Below, piece by piece: positions 16,924 through 27,971 of a DNA stretch of 64,000 nt. The translations under genes were made by a program, and so were the position numbers. Source of the DNA: Oceanispirochaeta sp. (lineage in GTDB: Bacteria > Spirochaetota > Spirochaetia > DSM-2461); the NCBI GenBank assembly GCA_963663385.2, contig CAXXXD010000003.1, positions 672,001 through 736,000 on the forward strand, read 5' to 3'. Every line of letters begins with the position of its first letter. Position 1 is the first letter of the stretch. The notes under the pieces are model-generated. The model had not been told where the DNA came from, did no database searches, and was given only the letters and a program-made list of their open reading frames with translations.

Positions 16924-18381
16924 TTACTGGCGCTTCCAGAACCAGGGGGTAAGGATTACCAGTACTGTATAGATTTCCAGCCGGCCCATCATCATAGCCA
17001 GGCTGAGGAACCATTTGATACCGTCCTGGAAAAACGAGTAATTCATGGTTGGACCTACCAGGTTAAAACCGGGGCCGATATTTCCTACGGTAACAAGGGC
17101 CGTAGAGAAGGAGGACAGGATATCATATCCTCCTGCCGCCACCACGACAGTCGTCGTCAGCAGGCTGACCATATAAAGGAACACGAATCCCGTAATCACA
17201 CTGATTATATCTTTTCGTACAACCATCCTGTTCAGGCGGAGATGAAAAACACCGCGCGGATGGATGAGGTGCTTCAATTCCCTGGAGGCCAGTTTGAACA
17301 GCGTAACAATACGAACAACTTTCATACCGCCTCCGGTCGATCCGGCACAGCCTCCGATGAACATCATCAGAAAAAGGATTGTCTTGCTGAAGTTGGGCCA
17401 AACATCATAATCCGCGGTGGCATACCCTGTAGTCGTAATAATGGAAGCGACCTGAAATGCCGCATACCGGAGGCTTTCCCAGAATCCCTTGAATACACTG
17501 TTCTTCATAAGGGAAAAGGTTATGGCCAGGGATGCCGCAGCAAAAATTCCCAGATAGGCTTTCATTTCCGTATCGTCAGCCAGATCCCTGAAACGGCCGG
17601 TCAGCAGTTTGAAGTAGAGGGCAAAGTTCATACCCGCCATAACCATGAAAATGGTAATAACCCAGTGAATCCAGGGGGAGTCATAAAACCCGACACTTGT
17701 ATTCCTGGGGGAGAATCCACCGGTTGCCATTGTTCCGAACGTATGAGTCAGGGCATCGAAAAGGTTCATTCCCCCCATCATCAGGAGGATTGTTTCCACA
17801 ATCGTCAAACCCAGATAGATAAACCACAGGATTTTTGCCGTGTGAGTAATCTTCGGGGTAATCTTGTCAACCGAAGGACCGGGGGCTTCTGCTTTCAGAA
17901 GCTGCATGCCCCCGATTCCCAGCAGGGGAAATATGGCAACCGTCAGAACAACGATTCCCATTCCTCCCAGCCAGTGGGTCAGGCTGCGCCAGAACAGCAT
18001 GGAATAGGGCAGGCCTTCAATCGCCTTAAGTATGGATGCTCCGGTTGTTGTAAAACCGGACATGGTTTCAAAGTAGGCATCCGTATAGGAGGGAATTGTG
18101 CCTGAGATGTAAAAGGGAACCGCACCAAGCGCAGAAGCGGCAATCCAGCTGAGGGTTACCAGCATAAACCCTTCCCGTGGGGTTAATACTTTATCTCTGT
18201 TGTTTCTGGTTAATACGTAGATGACGGCTGAAACAGGGAGGAGCATAAGGATCGGTTCGATAAAGGCCTTGAAACTGTCCATTTCTCCGTAAAAAAGCGC
18301 AATCCCGGCCGGAATAAGCATAAATGCCGCAATTATAAGCAGCAGAATGGTCAGAACGTGAAAAATCAGTTTGTATTTCAT
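16924..18381 (-). CDS. trkH: Trk K+ uptake membrane subunit
   Basis: FETMSGFTTTG, WLGGMGI, ATGGFS, GGCAGSTGGG, GNIGPG, GRLE. Confidence 0.95.
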   Translation of the reverse strand: MKYKLIFHVLTILLLIIAAFMLIPAGIALFYGEMDSFKAFIEPILMLLPVSAVIYVLTRNNRDKVLTPREGFMLVTLSWIAASALGAVPFYISGTIPSYTDAYFETMSGFTTTGASILKAIEGLPYSMLFWRSLTHWLGGMGIVVLTVAIFPLLGIGGMQLLKAEAPGPSVDKITPKITHTAKILWFIYLGLTIVETILLMMGGMNLFDALTHTFGTMATGGFSPRNTSVGFYDSPWIHWVITIFMVMAGMNFALYFKLLTGRFRDLADDTEMKAYLGIFAAASLAITFSLMKNSVFKGFWESLRYAAFQVASIITTTGYATADYDVWPNFSKTILFLMMFIGGCAGSTGGGMKVVRIVTLFKLASRELKHLIHPRGVFHLRLNRMVVRKDIISVITGFVFLYMVSLLTTTVVVAAGGYDILSSFSTALVTVGNIGPGFNLVGPTMNYSFFQDGIKWFLSLAMMMGRLEIYTVLVILTPWFWKRQ

Positions 18382-18386
18382 TCGGT

Positions 18387-19793
18387 TTAACCGCTTATGA
18401 TGGATTCAATTTTAGAGATGGAGTTCCGCTCCAGAATCATAACCAGATAATCACCGTTCTGAACAACCGTATCCCCAGTGGGGATAATATCGTTACCGTC
18501 ATGGGATATAAAAATGATCAGACTCTTGGCGGGCAGCCGGATTTCATTTATTTTCTTACCGGCTATGGGGGATTCGTTGCCTATCAGGAATTCTATTACC
18601 TCCAGCTTTCCTCCGGGAAGGGCATGAACATTCTTGATATTTCCTTTTCTGATTATCTTCAGAATGGAATTGACTACCGTATCATTCAGGCAGACAGTCA
18701 TATCCACATTCAAATTATGCGCCATTGTCCTGTAGCTGTTTCTGGTTACAAGGGCGAGCGACTTGGGTACCCCCAGGGTTTTGGCATAGATGCCTGTGAT
18801 GATATTGAGTTCCTGATTATTGGTAGCCGTAATAATCAGATCTGTGTCGTTCAGAAATTCCTCATCCTGAAAATGATCTTCCGTTACATCCGCATGAGTA
18901 ATCAGGGCCAGGGGAAACCGTTCGGCCAGTTCTTTACAGCGTTCGTAGTCCTTTTCGATAATCTGAATCTGTTTTTTGTTTTTTCTGTTTAAAAAGCGGG
19001 AAAGACGGGTCAGCCCCAGACGGGAGTACCCCCCCGATTCCTGCTGAAGCATTTCATCTGCCACATAGGAGGTTATGTGACCGCCTCCTATCATCAGGAT
19101 CCTGTTGATCTCCCTGTTTTCCTGATACTCCATATGGAATATCATTTCAAATCCTTTTTCCGTTGAAAGGAGGTATAGCTCATCCCCTTCAAGGATCGTT
19201 GTTTCCCCGGAGGGTATTATAAAATGGTCTTCCCGCATAACCGCTGCGACAAGAAAGGCAAAATTCACTTCCTGACGTATTGATTTCAGATCCTTGTTCA
19301 GAAAAACCGAGTCCCTTCTTATGGTAAGGTTCCGCATCTGCAGGCTGGTATTCTCAAAAAGCATAATATCGCTTCTGGCACCATGATTGACTGCGTAAGT
19401 TATAATCCGGGCGGCTTCAATTTCGGGATTTATTACATGATCGATTCCCAGAAAGGAGTTGGAAATCATTTTGGTCCGGGAGTAATCCAGGTTTCGAACC
19501 CTCGCAATGGTTCTGACTTGTTCGAACTCTGCAGAAACAAGTCCGCAGGAAATAAGATTGGTTTCATCCGAAGCTGTGACACTGACAAAAATATCCGCTT
19601 TTTGAATACCGGCTTTTATCAGGCTTTCCAGGTTATTACCTTCATCGTTGATAACAAGACAATCCAGTCTGTTGGCAGCGTCCCGGGCTTTATCCGGGTC
19701 TCTTTCGATTAGGGCGACGTCTTTATTTTCGGCAATTAATTGCCGGGCCAGCTGTGAACCTACACGACCGGCACCAAGTATTACAACGTACAT
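18387..19793 (-). CDS. trkA: Trk K+ uptake NAD-binding subunit
   Basis: Two RCK domains; ILGAGRVG; start set at MYVVILG. Confidence 0.92.
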   Translation of the reverse strand: MYVVILGAGRVGSQLARQLIAENKDVALIERDPDKARDAANRLDCLVINDEGNNLESLIKAGIQKADIFVSVTASDETNLISCGLVSAEFEQVRTIARVRNLDYSRTKMISNSFLGIDHVINPEIEAARIITYAVNHGARSDIMLFENTSLQMRNLTIRRDSVFLNKDLKSIRQEVNFAFLVAAVMREDHFIIPSGETTILEGDELYLLSTEKGFEMIFHMEYQENREINRILMIGGGHITSYVADEMLQQESGGYSRLGLTRLSRFLNRKNKKQIQIIEKDYERCKELAERFPLALITHADVTEDHFQDEEFLNDTDLIITATNNQELNIITGIYAKTLGVPKSLALVTRNSYRTMAHNLNVDMTVCLNDTVVNSILKIIRKGNIKNVHALPGGKLEVIEFLIGNESPIAGKKINEIRLPAKSLIIFISHDGNDIIPTGDTVVQNGDYLVMILERNSISKIESIISG

Positions 19794-19988
19794 GATGACA
19801 AGATGATAATAGGAAAAACGGAAAATTGTCAATTTAAGTATATAATAATAAAATCGTATTTTAATAATTGGAATTAAAAGATTTTATCAAGGGTGCTGCT
19901 GTTACAGGAAAGGAACTTAATAATATTGCGGTAGTTCTCCATTCACTTTATAATATATTATGTATCATATCGGAGGAGTTACAGCCAA

Positions 19989-21299
19989 ATGAAAGAACGA
20001 GCCAAGACTTTTGTTATCGACACCAATGTTCTTATTCACAGACCGGATGCCATTATGTCTTTTAAAGACAGCGAAGTTGTTATTCCCATATGGGTTCTGG
20101 AAGAACTGGATAAGCTGAAGACCGAACATGAAGGACGGGGCCGGAGCGCCAGAGCTGCCATTCGCTTTATGAACGGAGTAAGTCGTCACGGGAACCTGCA
20201 GCAGGGGGTAAAGCTTGAAAACGGAGGACTCCTGAAAGTCATACTTGAGTACGATAAATCCGTGGAGGAGTCTCTGACTTCCTCTAAAATGGATAACAAG
20301 ATTATCCTCTGTGCCAAATACCTGCAAAAGCACAACAGCAATGTCTTTTTTGTTTCCAAAGATATAAATGCACGGATAAAGGCAATTTCCATCGGTATTA
20401 AAGCGGTGGATTATGAAAAACATAAAGTTAATATGCAGCACCTGTACGAAGGTTTCAGAGAACTTGATGGAGAGAAAAAATGCATTGATACCCTTCTCTC
20501 GGAAGGTGTAGCCGAGGCTCCGGACGCTAATATTTTCCCGAATCAGTATCTTATGCTGAAAGAAGGGGGAGAATCCAGGACTTTTCATATGGCACGTTAC
20601 AATAAAAATGATAATACGGTGGTGCATGTTCCGTCCTCTCTTGATGAGGCCATTATGGGCATAAGGCCTTTGAATGCCCAGCAGAGAATAGCTTTTGATC
20701 TGCTGCTGAATGACGATATCAAACTGGTGACCCTTGTGGGAAAGGCCGGAACGGGTAAAACCCTCCTGTCTCTGGCTGCGGGCCTGCAGAAGACAATGGA
20801 TGAAAAAAAGTATACCAGGGTATTACTGAGCCGTCCCGTAATCCCTATGGGAAAAGACATCGGCTACCTGCCGGGTGCCAAAAACCAGAAAATGAGCCAT
20901 TGGATGCAGCCTCTGTTCGATAACCTGGAGTATATTATCGATGTAGCCCACAGGCAGAATCTGAAAAGTATAGATCAGGTTATGAATAACAAGGTTATCG
21001 AAATCGAGGCGCTGACGTATATCCGGGGCCGTTCGCTTCCGCGGCAGTATATAATCATTGATGAAGCACAGAACCTGAGTCCTCACGAAGTTAAAACCAT
21101 TGTGAGCCGGGCCGGGGAGGGAACAAAGGTTGTACTGACCGGCGATCCCTACCAGATTGACAACCCTTATCTGGATGCTGAATCCAACGGACTTACCTGT
21201 CTGGTTGAAGCATTCCGCGAGGTGGAACTGGCCGGGCATATTACTCTTGGGCACTCGGAAAGAAGTCCGCTGGCTGAACTGGCATCAGAGTTGCTATAG
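19989..21299 (+). CDS. PIN-PhoH (PhoH2) protein
   Basis: VIDTNVL PIN domain; GKAGTGKT, YIRGRSL, DEAQN, GDPYQID. Confidence 0.92.
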   Translation: MKERAKTFVIDTNVLIHRPDAIMSFKDSEVVIPIWVLEELDKLKTEHEGRGRSARAAIRFMNGVSRHGNLQQGVKLENGGLLKVILEYDKSVEESLTSSKMDNKIILCAKYLQKHNSNVFFVSKDINARIKAISIGIKAVDYEKHKVNMQHLYEGFRELDGEKKCIDTLLSEGVAEAPDANIFPNQYLMLKEGGESRTFHMARYNKNDNTVVHVPSSLDEAIMGIRPLNAQQRIAFDLLLNDDIKLVTLVGKAGTGKTLLSLAAGLQKTMDEKKYTRVLLSRPVIPMGKDIGYLPGAKNQKMSHWMQPLFDNLEYIIDVAHRQNLKSIDQVMNNKVIEIEALTYIRGRSLPRQYIIIDEAQNLSPHEVKTIVSRAGEGTKVVLTGDPYQIDNPYLDAESNGLTCLVEAFREVELAGHITLGHSERSPLAELASELL

Positions 21300-21320
21300 A
21301 AAGTCGGTAAAGGATATCGG

Positions 21321-21647
21321 ATGCCAAAATACAGTAAAAAGGTTCTGAGTGAACTGAATAAATGGAAAAAAAACTCCTTTAAAATTGCCCAGGAAAAGGC
21401 ATTGAGCGATCTGGCCCGGGAATTTAACCGATGGGAAAAAAAAAGGATCAGCGCGGATACACTGGAAATCGCCATTGAAAAGCATAAATCCTTCAGACGG
21501 GATCAGCTTGAGAAACAGTATATCGAGGACGGTGACCCGGGAGTGCCGGTGGCGGAAGGAATTGTTCAGGGATATATTCGAAAAGAAGATTTATCTGCGG
21601 AAGCTTATAATTCTATTGAGATTTTAATCGACTTGGTTAATATTTAA
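21321..21647 (+). CDS. Hypothetical protein
   Basis: AAGGA RBS; co-oriented and non-overlapping. Confidence 0.65.
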   Translation: MPKYSKKVLSELNKWKKNSFKIAQEKALSDLAREFNRWEKKRISADTLEIAIEKHKSFRRDQLEKQYIEDGDPGVPVAEGIVQGYIRKEDLSAEAYNSIEILIDLVNI

Positions 21648-21684
21648 AGTAGGGACTGAAATTAATATATAAGGAGCGGCACTT

Positions 21685-21927
21685 ATGGAAGAAGTTAAAT
21701 TTTGTTCATACTGCGGTAAATTGACAAGCTCCTGTTATGCCTACTGTCCGTGGTGCGGAAAAAGTCTTGAAAATAAAACCGACCTGGCGGATGCTCTGGA
21801 TAAATCTTTTGATAAAATAGAGAGAATTCAGGCGGAAGACAGGCTTGAGGTTCTGGATAAGCTTCAATCCTGTCTGGATTCCCTTGAAGAGGAAATCGAA
21901 GCTTTTTTGGCAAAATCTCATCATTAA
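21685..21927 (+). CDS. Small zinc-ribbon protein
   Basis: CxxC…CPWCG plus coiled coil; AAGGAG RBS. Confidence 0.7.
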   Translation: MEEVKFCSYCGKLTSSCYAYCPWCGKSLENKTDLADALDKSFDKIERIQAEDRLEVLDKLQSCLDSLEEEIEAFLAKSHH

Positions 21928-21953
21928 GCTCTCTGTTTCCGATAATTCCAGTA

Positions 21954-24215
21954 ATGTACCGATTTAAAATACTTATTCTATTCCTGATTATACCTCTGGC
22001 CGGATTGTTCTCTCAATCCAGGCAGTTTCAGTTATCCCTGGCGGATATCAGTTCCGATAACCATATCCTTGTAGCCGCCGAGAATCCCCTGACCGGGGGC
22101 TATTCCTATAAAACCCTTATTCTGGGAAATGCGGAAACCCTTGAATATGGACCCCTGACCCTGTTTCCCGAGGAGAGTGGTTATTTCCCGGCCAGAAGGG
22201 AGCTGAGAGTTCACAACCATTACGGAATGTTCTCCTATGATTTAGATAATAAGAGCTGGCAGAGGGCGGATTTTCTCCCCTCTTTTAAACAGGGTGTCAG
22301 TATTTCACCCCTGACGCTCCTGCCAGTATACGACTCGCCCGACGGAAAATACAGTCTGTATCTGAAAGAAGAGGAGGGCGTCCGTGTCTCTCTCTATCTG
22401 TATGATCACGACAGAAGCAAGTCTATTCTTGTAACAGGATCCGTCCCGAGGGACTTCAGTTCCGAAATGGCAAAATGGTCTCCCGATTCCCGGTACTTTG
22501 TTTACAGGCGGAACAGAGATCTCTATTATTTTTCCATTGAGCAGTATATGAGCGGACGTATCCCTGCAGAGGACTTCAGGACTCTGGGCCACGAATATAT
22601 GAACTCTGTTTGCTGGGGTCAGGGAAACTATCTCTATCTTATCAGTGATAATTTGATTTACAGGCTCCATAGTTCCGAGTTTTTTACAAGATCATTTTAT
22701 GCAGACCCTTTTCATAAAGGATCCGTATGGGGGCGGATTCCCATTCATTACGATCCCCTGTTTGACGGTTTTGCCATTAATCCTTCCGGAACAGATATTT
22801 TTGTGGATAAAGATGACAGGCATGGTTTTGTATTCGCCCTGAACCAGATCTATGAGGAAAAGGAGAGTGTCCGGCAATCCGGAACCCTGTCTCTTCCGGC
22901 CGGCCAGGTTCTCAGCGACTACACATGGGTTGATAACCACAGGGTTCTGACCATGGCCAGGGATAGGTTGAAAAAATCCGGAGTCCTGTATCAGATGGAC
23001 AGACGGGAATCTACCGCTTTTTCTCCTGTTACAGCAGATGAGATAAATGCATTTGCCCTCAGTCCGGATAATTCTCAGATAGCCCTGTTAAGCAGGGAAC
23101 ATCTGACTATTGTGGACAGCTCTTTTAAAGAGGAACTGAACACGTATAAGCTGGATTCTCCCAGGAAGGTATACTGGATCGATGAAGGACTACTGATACT
23201 GGGGGGGCATGTTTTATCCAGGCAGGAGGAAGGCAAAAGTGAAATTATCGGACTGAGTCAGGTGGATGCCTATGCCTTTGATGCGGACAACAGGGTTGTC
23301 GTGGTTTCATCCGGAGAATCTTTTACCTATAACAGGGATTTCTCCTGGGAAAAGACAGAGGATAAATCCCTGAGACCCCATCGTCAGAGTACGGATGATT
23401 ACAGAATCTATCTGGAAGACCGTCCCGAGGGCTGGTATGCTCAGTCCCTTAAGGTAAGAAAGAATGACAGCTATACAACTGATGATCTGCTGCAGCCCTT
23501 CAGGATAACCGGTCTGGATGAGCTTCTGCCGCAGAATCTCCGGAATCAGGAGGATATCCCCTGGTACTTCAGTCACGGTAACAGACAGGGACGGAGACAG
23601 GTCAGTCTGGTAATCAATGCTGTAAACTCTGCAGAAGGCCTGAACCGGCTGATGGAAACCCTGGACGGCTACGGAATAAGGGCCGCCTTCTTTCTGAACG
23701 GAGACTTTATTAACAATTATCCCGACGGAACAAGGCTTATTGCCGAATCCGGGCATACGGTGGGTTCCCTTTTTTATACCTATTTTGATATGTCCGATCC
23801 CAAGTATCAGATTAACCGTGACTTTCTGAAAAAAGGACTGGCACGGAATGAGGATGATTACTTTATTGTTACCGGAAAAGAGATGGCCATGCTCTGGCAC
23901 GCTCCCTATTACTACCTGAACCGGGAGATTCTGGAAACGACCGGTATTCTGGACTATACCTATGTAGGAAAGGAAATGGAAATTCCGGACTGGATCGGGA
24001 AAGGTTCCGCAGAAAACGGACGATCGGGGTATGCCGAATCCCTTGAGCTGATAGACAGGATTCTGGATCAGGTAACACCCGGAGCCATCATCCCGCTTAC
24101 TCTCGGGCGCTTCGCCGAACGGGATGATTACCTTTACATGAAACTGGGAATGCTGATAGAGGGGCTGATTCTCGAAGGGTATGAAATTGTCCCCCTCTAC
24201 AATCTGATGGAGTAA
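21954..24215 (+). CDS. Secreted protein: beta-propeller-like region + C-terminal polysaccharide-deacetylase-like domain
   Basis: Signal peptide; WSPD/SPD repeats; AAFFLNG…GH.VGS…WHAPYY (degenerate NodB-like). Confidence 0.75.
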   Translation: MYRFKILILFLIIPLAGLFSQSRQFQLSLADISSDNHILVAAENPLTGGYSYKTLILGNAETLEYGPLTLFPEESGYFPARRELRVHNHYGMFSYDLDNKSWQRADFLPSFKQGVSISPLTLLPVYDSPDGKYSLYLKEEEGVRVSLYLYDHDRSKSILVTGSVPRDFSSEMAKWSPDSRYFVYRRNRDLYYFSIEQYMSGRIPAEDFRTLGHEYMNSVCWGQGNYLYLISDNLIYRLHSSEFFTRSFYADPFHKGSVWGRIPIHYDPLFDGFAINPSGTDIFVDKDDRHGFVFALNQIYEEKESVRQSGTLSLPAGQVLSDYTWVDNHRVLTMARDRLKKSGVLYQMDRRESTAFSPVTADEINAFALSPDNSQIALLSREHLTIVDSSFKEELNTYKLDSPRKVYWIDEGLLILGGHVLSRQEEGKSEIIGLSQVDAYAFDADNRVVVVSSGESFTYNRDFSWEKTEDKSLRPHRQSTDDYRIYLEDRPEGWYAQSLKVRKNDSYTTDDLLQPFRITGLDELLPQNLRNQEDIPWYFSHGNRQGRRQVSLVINAVNSAEGLNRLMETLDGYGIRAAFFLNGDFINNYPDGTRLIAESGHTVGSLFYTYFDMSDPKYQINRDFLKKGLARNEDDYFIVTGKEMAMLWHAPYYYLNREILETTGILDYTYVGKEMEIPDWIGKGSAENGRSGYAESLELIDRILDQVTPGAIIPLTLGRFAERDDYLYMKLGMLIEGLILEGYEIVPLYNLME

Positions 24216-24371
24216 TGATCGGCTTTCTATTTGTAGATAGTCCTTTTATGCACTACAATTCAAAAGGTGAAGAATTACCCGGTATCAAAGAACTGCGAAT
24301 ATTTTATGGATCGGGCAGCTTCAGGGTTGCAAATTCTGACAAGGAGTTATAGATTTTCTAACATTCCTATT

Positions 24372-24398
24372 TAAGAATACATGAAAGCTTGCCGAAAA
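24372..24398 (+). promoter_or_regulatory. Sigma28-type promoter candidate for fliS
   Basis: TAAG-N15-GCCGAAAA versus consensus TAAA-N15-GCCGATAA, upstream of a flagellar chaperone. Confidence 0.55.
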
Positions 24399-24431
24399 TA
24401 TATTGAAGAATTAGGGGAGGGCTGCCTTTAG

Positions 24432-24854
24432 ATGAACAGAAATCCGTTAAACGCCTATCGTCAAACCAGGGTCAAAACAGCAGGACAAGGCCGACTAATT
24501 GTCATGCTCTATGATGAGGCAATCAAACAGTTGGATCATGCTGGCCAGGAACTGAAAAAATCCGAATCAAAACTCGATACCGTTCATAATTGTATCGTGA
24601 AAACACAGGATATCATCACCGAACTGATGGCATCCCTTGATTTCGAAAAAGGCGGCGATATCGCTCAGAATCTCTACAATCTTTATATGTTTTTCAATCA
24701 GCAGCTGATGGAAGCGAATATTCAGAAGAAACCGGAAAATCTTAAAGAGATACGTAATCTCATGTCTGAACTCAGAGAAGCCTGGTCTTCCATTGAAGGA
24801 AAAGCCGCTGCACCGGAAAAATCTGCTGCCATGGGTGTAAATATAGCCGGTTGA
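24432..24854 (+). CDS. fliS: Flagellin export chaperone
   Basis: AY…V.TA…LIVMLYD, DIITELMASLD, IAQNLYNLY, LREAW. Confidence 0.95.
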   Translation: MNRNPLNAYRQTRVKTAGQGRLIVMLYDEAIKQLDHAGQELKKSESKLDTVHNCIVKTQDIITELMASLDFEKGGDIAQNLYNLYMFFNQQLMEANIQKKPENLKEIRNLMSELREAWSSIEGKAAAPEKSAAMGVNIAG

Positions 24855-25285
24855 TCCAGGAGAAAGGAATGCCGGTTCATTCCGCAGCTGACTATATTCA
24901 TTCCCTGATCCTGGAGCTGGATCAGGTATATGAAGAGTATGGTAAAATACTTTGCACAGCAAAGAATAATCTGAAAAAATGGAATAATACCTCACTGTCT
25001 CATTTTCGGATTGTGGAAAAGGAATCAATGGATCGCATACGATCCTATGAAAAAACACTTTCCGCCTGGCTGAATGATCAGGAATCTTTAAGAACCCGCT
25101 TCTCACCGGAGATTTCCCTTCTGGCTGTCCGCAGAAAAGATATTTTTCAGGAAAACAGGCAGATGATGGAAGAGATCCGCTGCGTTATGTATACTCTCAA
25201 AAAGGAACAGAATTCCCTCCGGCTGCCCCGGAGCAATCCCAGAATAAAGGAATCAGTACCGACACTGATAGATATTAAATTATGA
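24851..25285 (+). CDS. Hypothetical helical protein (possibly FliT/FlgN-like)
   Basis: Overlaps the fliS stop and the polA start; function inferred from position only. Confidence 0.55.
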   Translation: MIQEKGMPVHSAADYIHSLILELDQVYEEYGKILCTAKNNLKKWNNTSLSHFRIVEKESMDRIRSYEKTLSAWLNDQESLRTRFSPEISLLAVRRKDIFQENRQMMEEIRCVMYTLKKEQNSLRLPRSNPRIKESVPTLIDIKL

Positions 25286-27969
25286 AAGAACCCCTCTACC
25301 TGCTGGATGGATACAGCGTTATCTACCGTGCCTATTTTGCTTTTATAAGACAGCCTATGCGGAACCTGGAAGGAAAGAATGTCTCGGCTATTTTCGGTTT
25401 TTTCCGTACCGTATTCAGTATTCGAAAAAGAAGGAACACAGACCGTCTCGTCGTACTGATGGATTCGAAAACAAAGACTTTCCGTCATGAGATGTATCCC
25501 GAATACAAGGCCACCCGTGATAAAACCCCTGATGACCTGCATGAACAGATCCCTGTTATCGAGGAGCTTCTGGAGATCCTGGGAATCCCCTGTCTGCGGA
25601 CAGACGGGTATGAAGCGGATGATTTGATGGGAACCCTGGCTGTAAAAGCGAAGGAAGAGGGACGGCAGGCCTATATTATCTCGGGAGACAAGGACCTTCT
25701 GCAGTTTGCCGGCGGAAATATTTCCATTCTGAAGCCCGATAAGGGTGAGCTGGTCGAAATGAACCGGGAGGAAGTGTTTAATGACCGGGGAGTATGGCCA
25801 GAGCAGATTGTGGATTACCTGGCTCTGGTTGGGGATACGGCGGATAATGTCCCCGGTGTAGCCGGAATCGGACCTAAAACGGCATCCAGACTCCTTCAGA
25901 CCTACGGAACCCTGGATGAGGTCTATAATCATCTGGATGAGATAAAAAGCAAAAGTCAGAAGCAGAAACTGGAAGATAACAGGGAAAATGCTTTTTTCAG
26001 CCGGGAGCTGGTACAGATTAAAACGGATGTCCCCATAGAGTATGATGAGGAGAATCTTGTTATTCGGGGGGAACGGACACAGGAAGCCGCCGCCCGGTTT
26101 CTGGCGGAAGGGATTGCCAGTCTGGCCAGGGAACTGGATCCTGAAATTCAGGCGGAAGAAAAACCGGAAGCTCCTAAAAATAATAGGAAAGGGGAATACG
26201 AAGCGGTTCTTACTCCGGAGGCTCTTCAGAGCTGGATAGACAGAATCCGGGAAAAGGGCGCGGTCAGCCTGGACTGTGAAACAGACAGCCTTGATCCCAT
26301 GCAGGCCAACCCGGTCGGTATCTGTCTTTCCGTCGGGGGAGAAAAAGCCTGCTATATTCCCTTAACGGCGCCGGATGCCAGGTGTCTGCCCATGGATCTG
26401 GTTAAGGGAGAGCTGAAAGCCCTGCTGGAAGACCCATCGCTGAAGATCATCGGTCAGAATATCAAGTATGACTGGAAGGTGCTGAAACGCTGGGGGATTC
26501 ATCTGGGAGATGTTTTTTTTGATACCATGATTGCCGCCTGGATGATAGACGCCGGGACAGCGGTGAATATGGATTTTCTGGCTGAGCGCTATCTGGATTA
26601 TAAAACGGTTCATTTCAAGGATATAGTCCCCAAGGGTAAACTCTTCTCGGACGTTCCCCTGGAAGAAGCGGTGGAGTATGCGGCGGAAGATGCGGATATT
26701 ACCTGGCGTCTGTATGAAGTTCTGGATCCTCTGCTGGAAGAGAAAAAACTGAAAAACCTTTTTGATACAATGGAGATGCCCCTTATCCGCATACTGGGCG
26801 AGATGGAGTACCGGGGTATCCTTCTGGATCAGGTTGAGATGGACCTGTACAGCCGTGAACTGGAGGATTCTCTGGATCTTCTGAAAAAAGAGATCTATAC
26901 CCTCTGCGGCAGGAAATTCAATATCAATAGTACAAAGCAGCTTCAGGAAGTGCTTTTTACAGACCGGAAGCTTCAGCCCGTAAAAAAGACAAAGAGCGGG
27001 TATTCAACCGATACGTCTGTACTGCAGCAGCTGGCCCAGGAGGATCCCGTTCCCGAGAAAATCCTGATATACCGCGGTCTGGCCAAACTGAAGTCCACCT
27101 ATGTGGATACCCTGCCCGGCATGATCAACCCCAGTACCGGCAGAATCCACACCTCCTATATACAGACGGGAGCGGCTACCGGCCGTCTGGCCAGCAGGGA
27201 TCCCAACCTGCAGAATATTCCTGTACGGGATGAAAACGGCAGGCGCATCAGAAAAGCCTTCCACCCGGAAAAGGGCAGTCTCTTCCTTTCGGCCGACTAC
27301 TCCCAGATAGAGCTGGTGGTTCTGGCCCATCTTTCGGAGGATCCCGGGCTGATTGAAGCTTTTACAACGGGAGAAGACGTTCACCGGAAAACGGCCTCCC
27401 TGATTTATAAACAGCCTGTTTCGGAGATAACCTCTTCCCAGCGGCGGATTGCCAAAACCATTAACTTCGGAGTGATGTACGGTATGTCGGCCTTCCGCCT
27501 TTCCAATGAGCTGAAAATACCCAGGGCCGAAGCCAAACAGTTTATTGACACATACTTTGAGGAGTATGGGGGTATAAAAAAATTCGTTGACGATACCATT
27601 GTTCAGGCCGAAAAAGAGGGCGGTGTACACACGGTGATGGGGCGGTTTCGTCCTATTCCCCAGATAACAAGTAAAAACAAGATGGAAAAAAGCGGGGCTG
27701 AAAGGGCTGCTGTAAACTCCCGGATTCAGGGGACTGCTGCCGATATTGTCAAGATGTCCATGCTTGCTCTGGACAAACGGCTGAAGGAGTCTGAACTGAA
27801 GGCCAGGGTCCTGCTTCAGGTGCACGATGAGATAATCCTGGAGGTCCCGGAAGAGGAAGCTTCTCTCTGTGAAAAGCTGCTCCGTGAGGTTATGGAGGGG
27901 ATTATGGAACTGAAAGTCCCTCTCAAGGCCAATGTGGAAACAGGCCGCAGCTGGGGAGATATTCACTAG
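25282..27969 (+). CDS. polA: DNA polymerase I
   Basis: 5'-3' exonuclease (LLDG, EADD, PGVAGIG), 3'-5' exonuclease (DCET), polymerase motifs ADYSQIEL, AKTINFG, QVHDE. Confidence 0.98.
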   Translation: MKEPLYLLDGYSVIYRAYFAFIRQPMRNLEGKNVSAIFGFFRTVFSIRKRRNTDRLVVLMDSKTKTFRHEMYPEYKATRDKTPDDLHEQIPVIEELLEILGIPCLRTDGYEADDLMGTLAVKAKEEGRQAYIISGDKDLLQFAGGNISILKPDKGELVEMNREEVFNDRGVWPEQIVDYLALVGDTADNVPGVAGIGPKTASRLLQTYGTLDEVYNHLDEIKSKSQKQKLEDNRENAFFSRELVQIKTDVPIEYDEENLVIRGERTQEAAARFLAEGIASLARELDPEIQAEEKPEAPKNNRKGEYEAVLTPEALQSWIDRIREKGAVSLDCETDSLDPMQANPVGICLSVGGEKACYIPLTAPDARCLPMDLVKGELKALLEDPSLKIIGQNIKYDWKVLKRWGIHLGDVFFDTMIAAWMIDAGTAVNMDFLAERYLDYKTVHFKDIVPKGKLFSDVPLEEAVEYAAEDADITWRLYEVLDPLLEEKKLKNLFDTMEMPLIRILGEMEYRGILLDQVEMDLYSRELEDSLDLLKKEIYTLCGRKFNINSTKQLQEVLFTDRKLQPVKKTKSGYSTDTSVLQQLAQEDPVPEKILIYRGLAKLKSTYVDTLPGMINPSTGRIHTSYIQTGAATGRLASRDPNLQNIPVRDENGRRIRKAFHPEKGSLFLSADYSQIELVVLAHLSEDPGLIEAFTTGEDVHRKTASLIYKQPVSEITSSQRRIAKTINFGVMYGMSAFRLSNELKIPRAEAKQFIDTYFEEYGGIKKFVDDTIVQAEKEGGVHTVMGRFRPIPQITSKNKMEKSGAERAAVNSRIQGTAADIVKMSMLALDKRLKESELKARVLLQVHDEIILEVPEEEASLCEKLLREVMEGIMELKVPLKANVETGRSWGDIH

Positions 27970-27971
27970 CA

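Noticed and set aside
16757..17014. N-terminal extension of the solute-binding protein
   Set aside because: It overlaps trkH and its terminator; the RBS and signal peptide begin at 16756.
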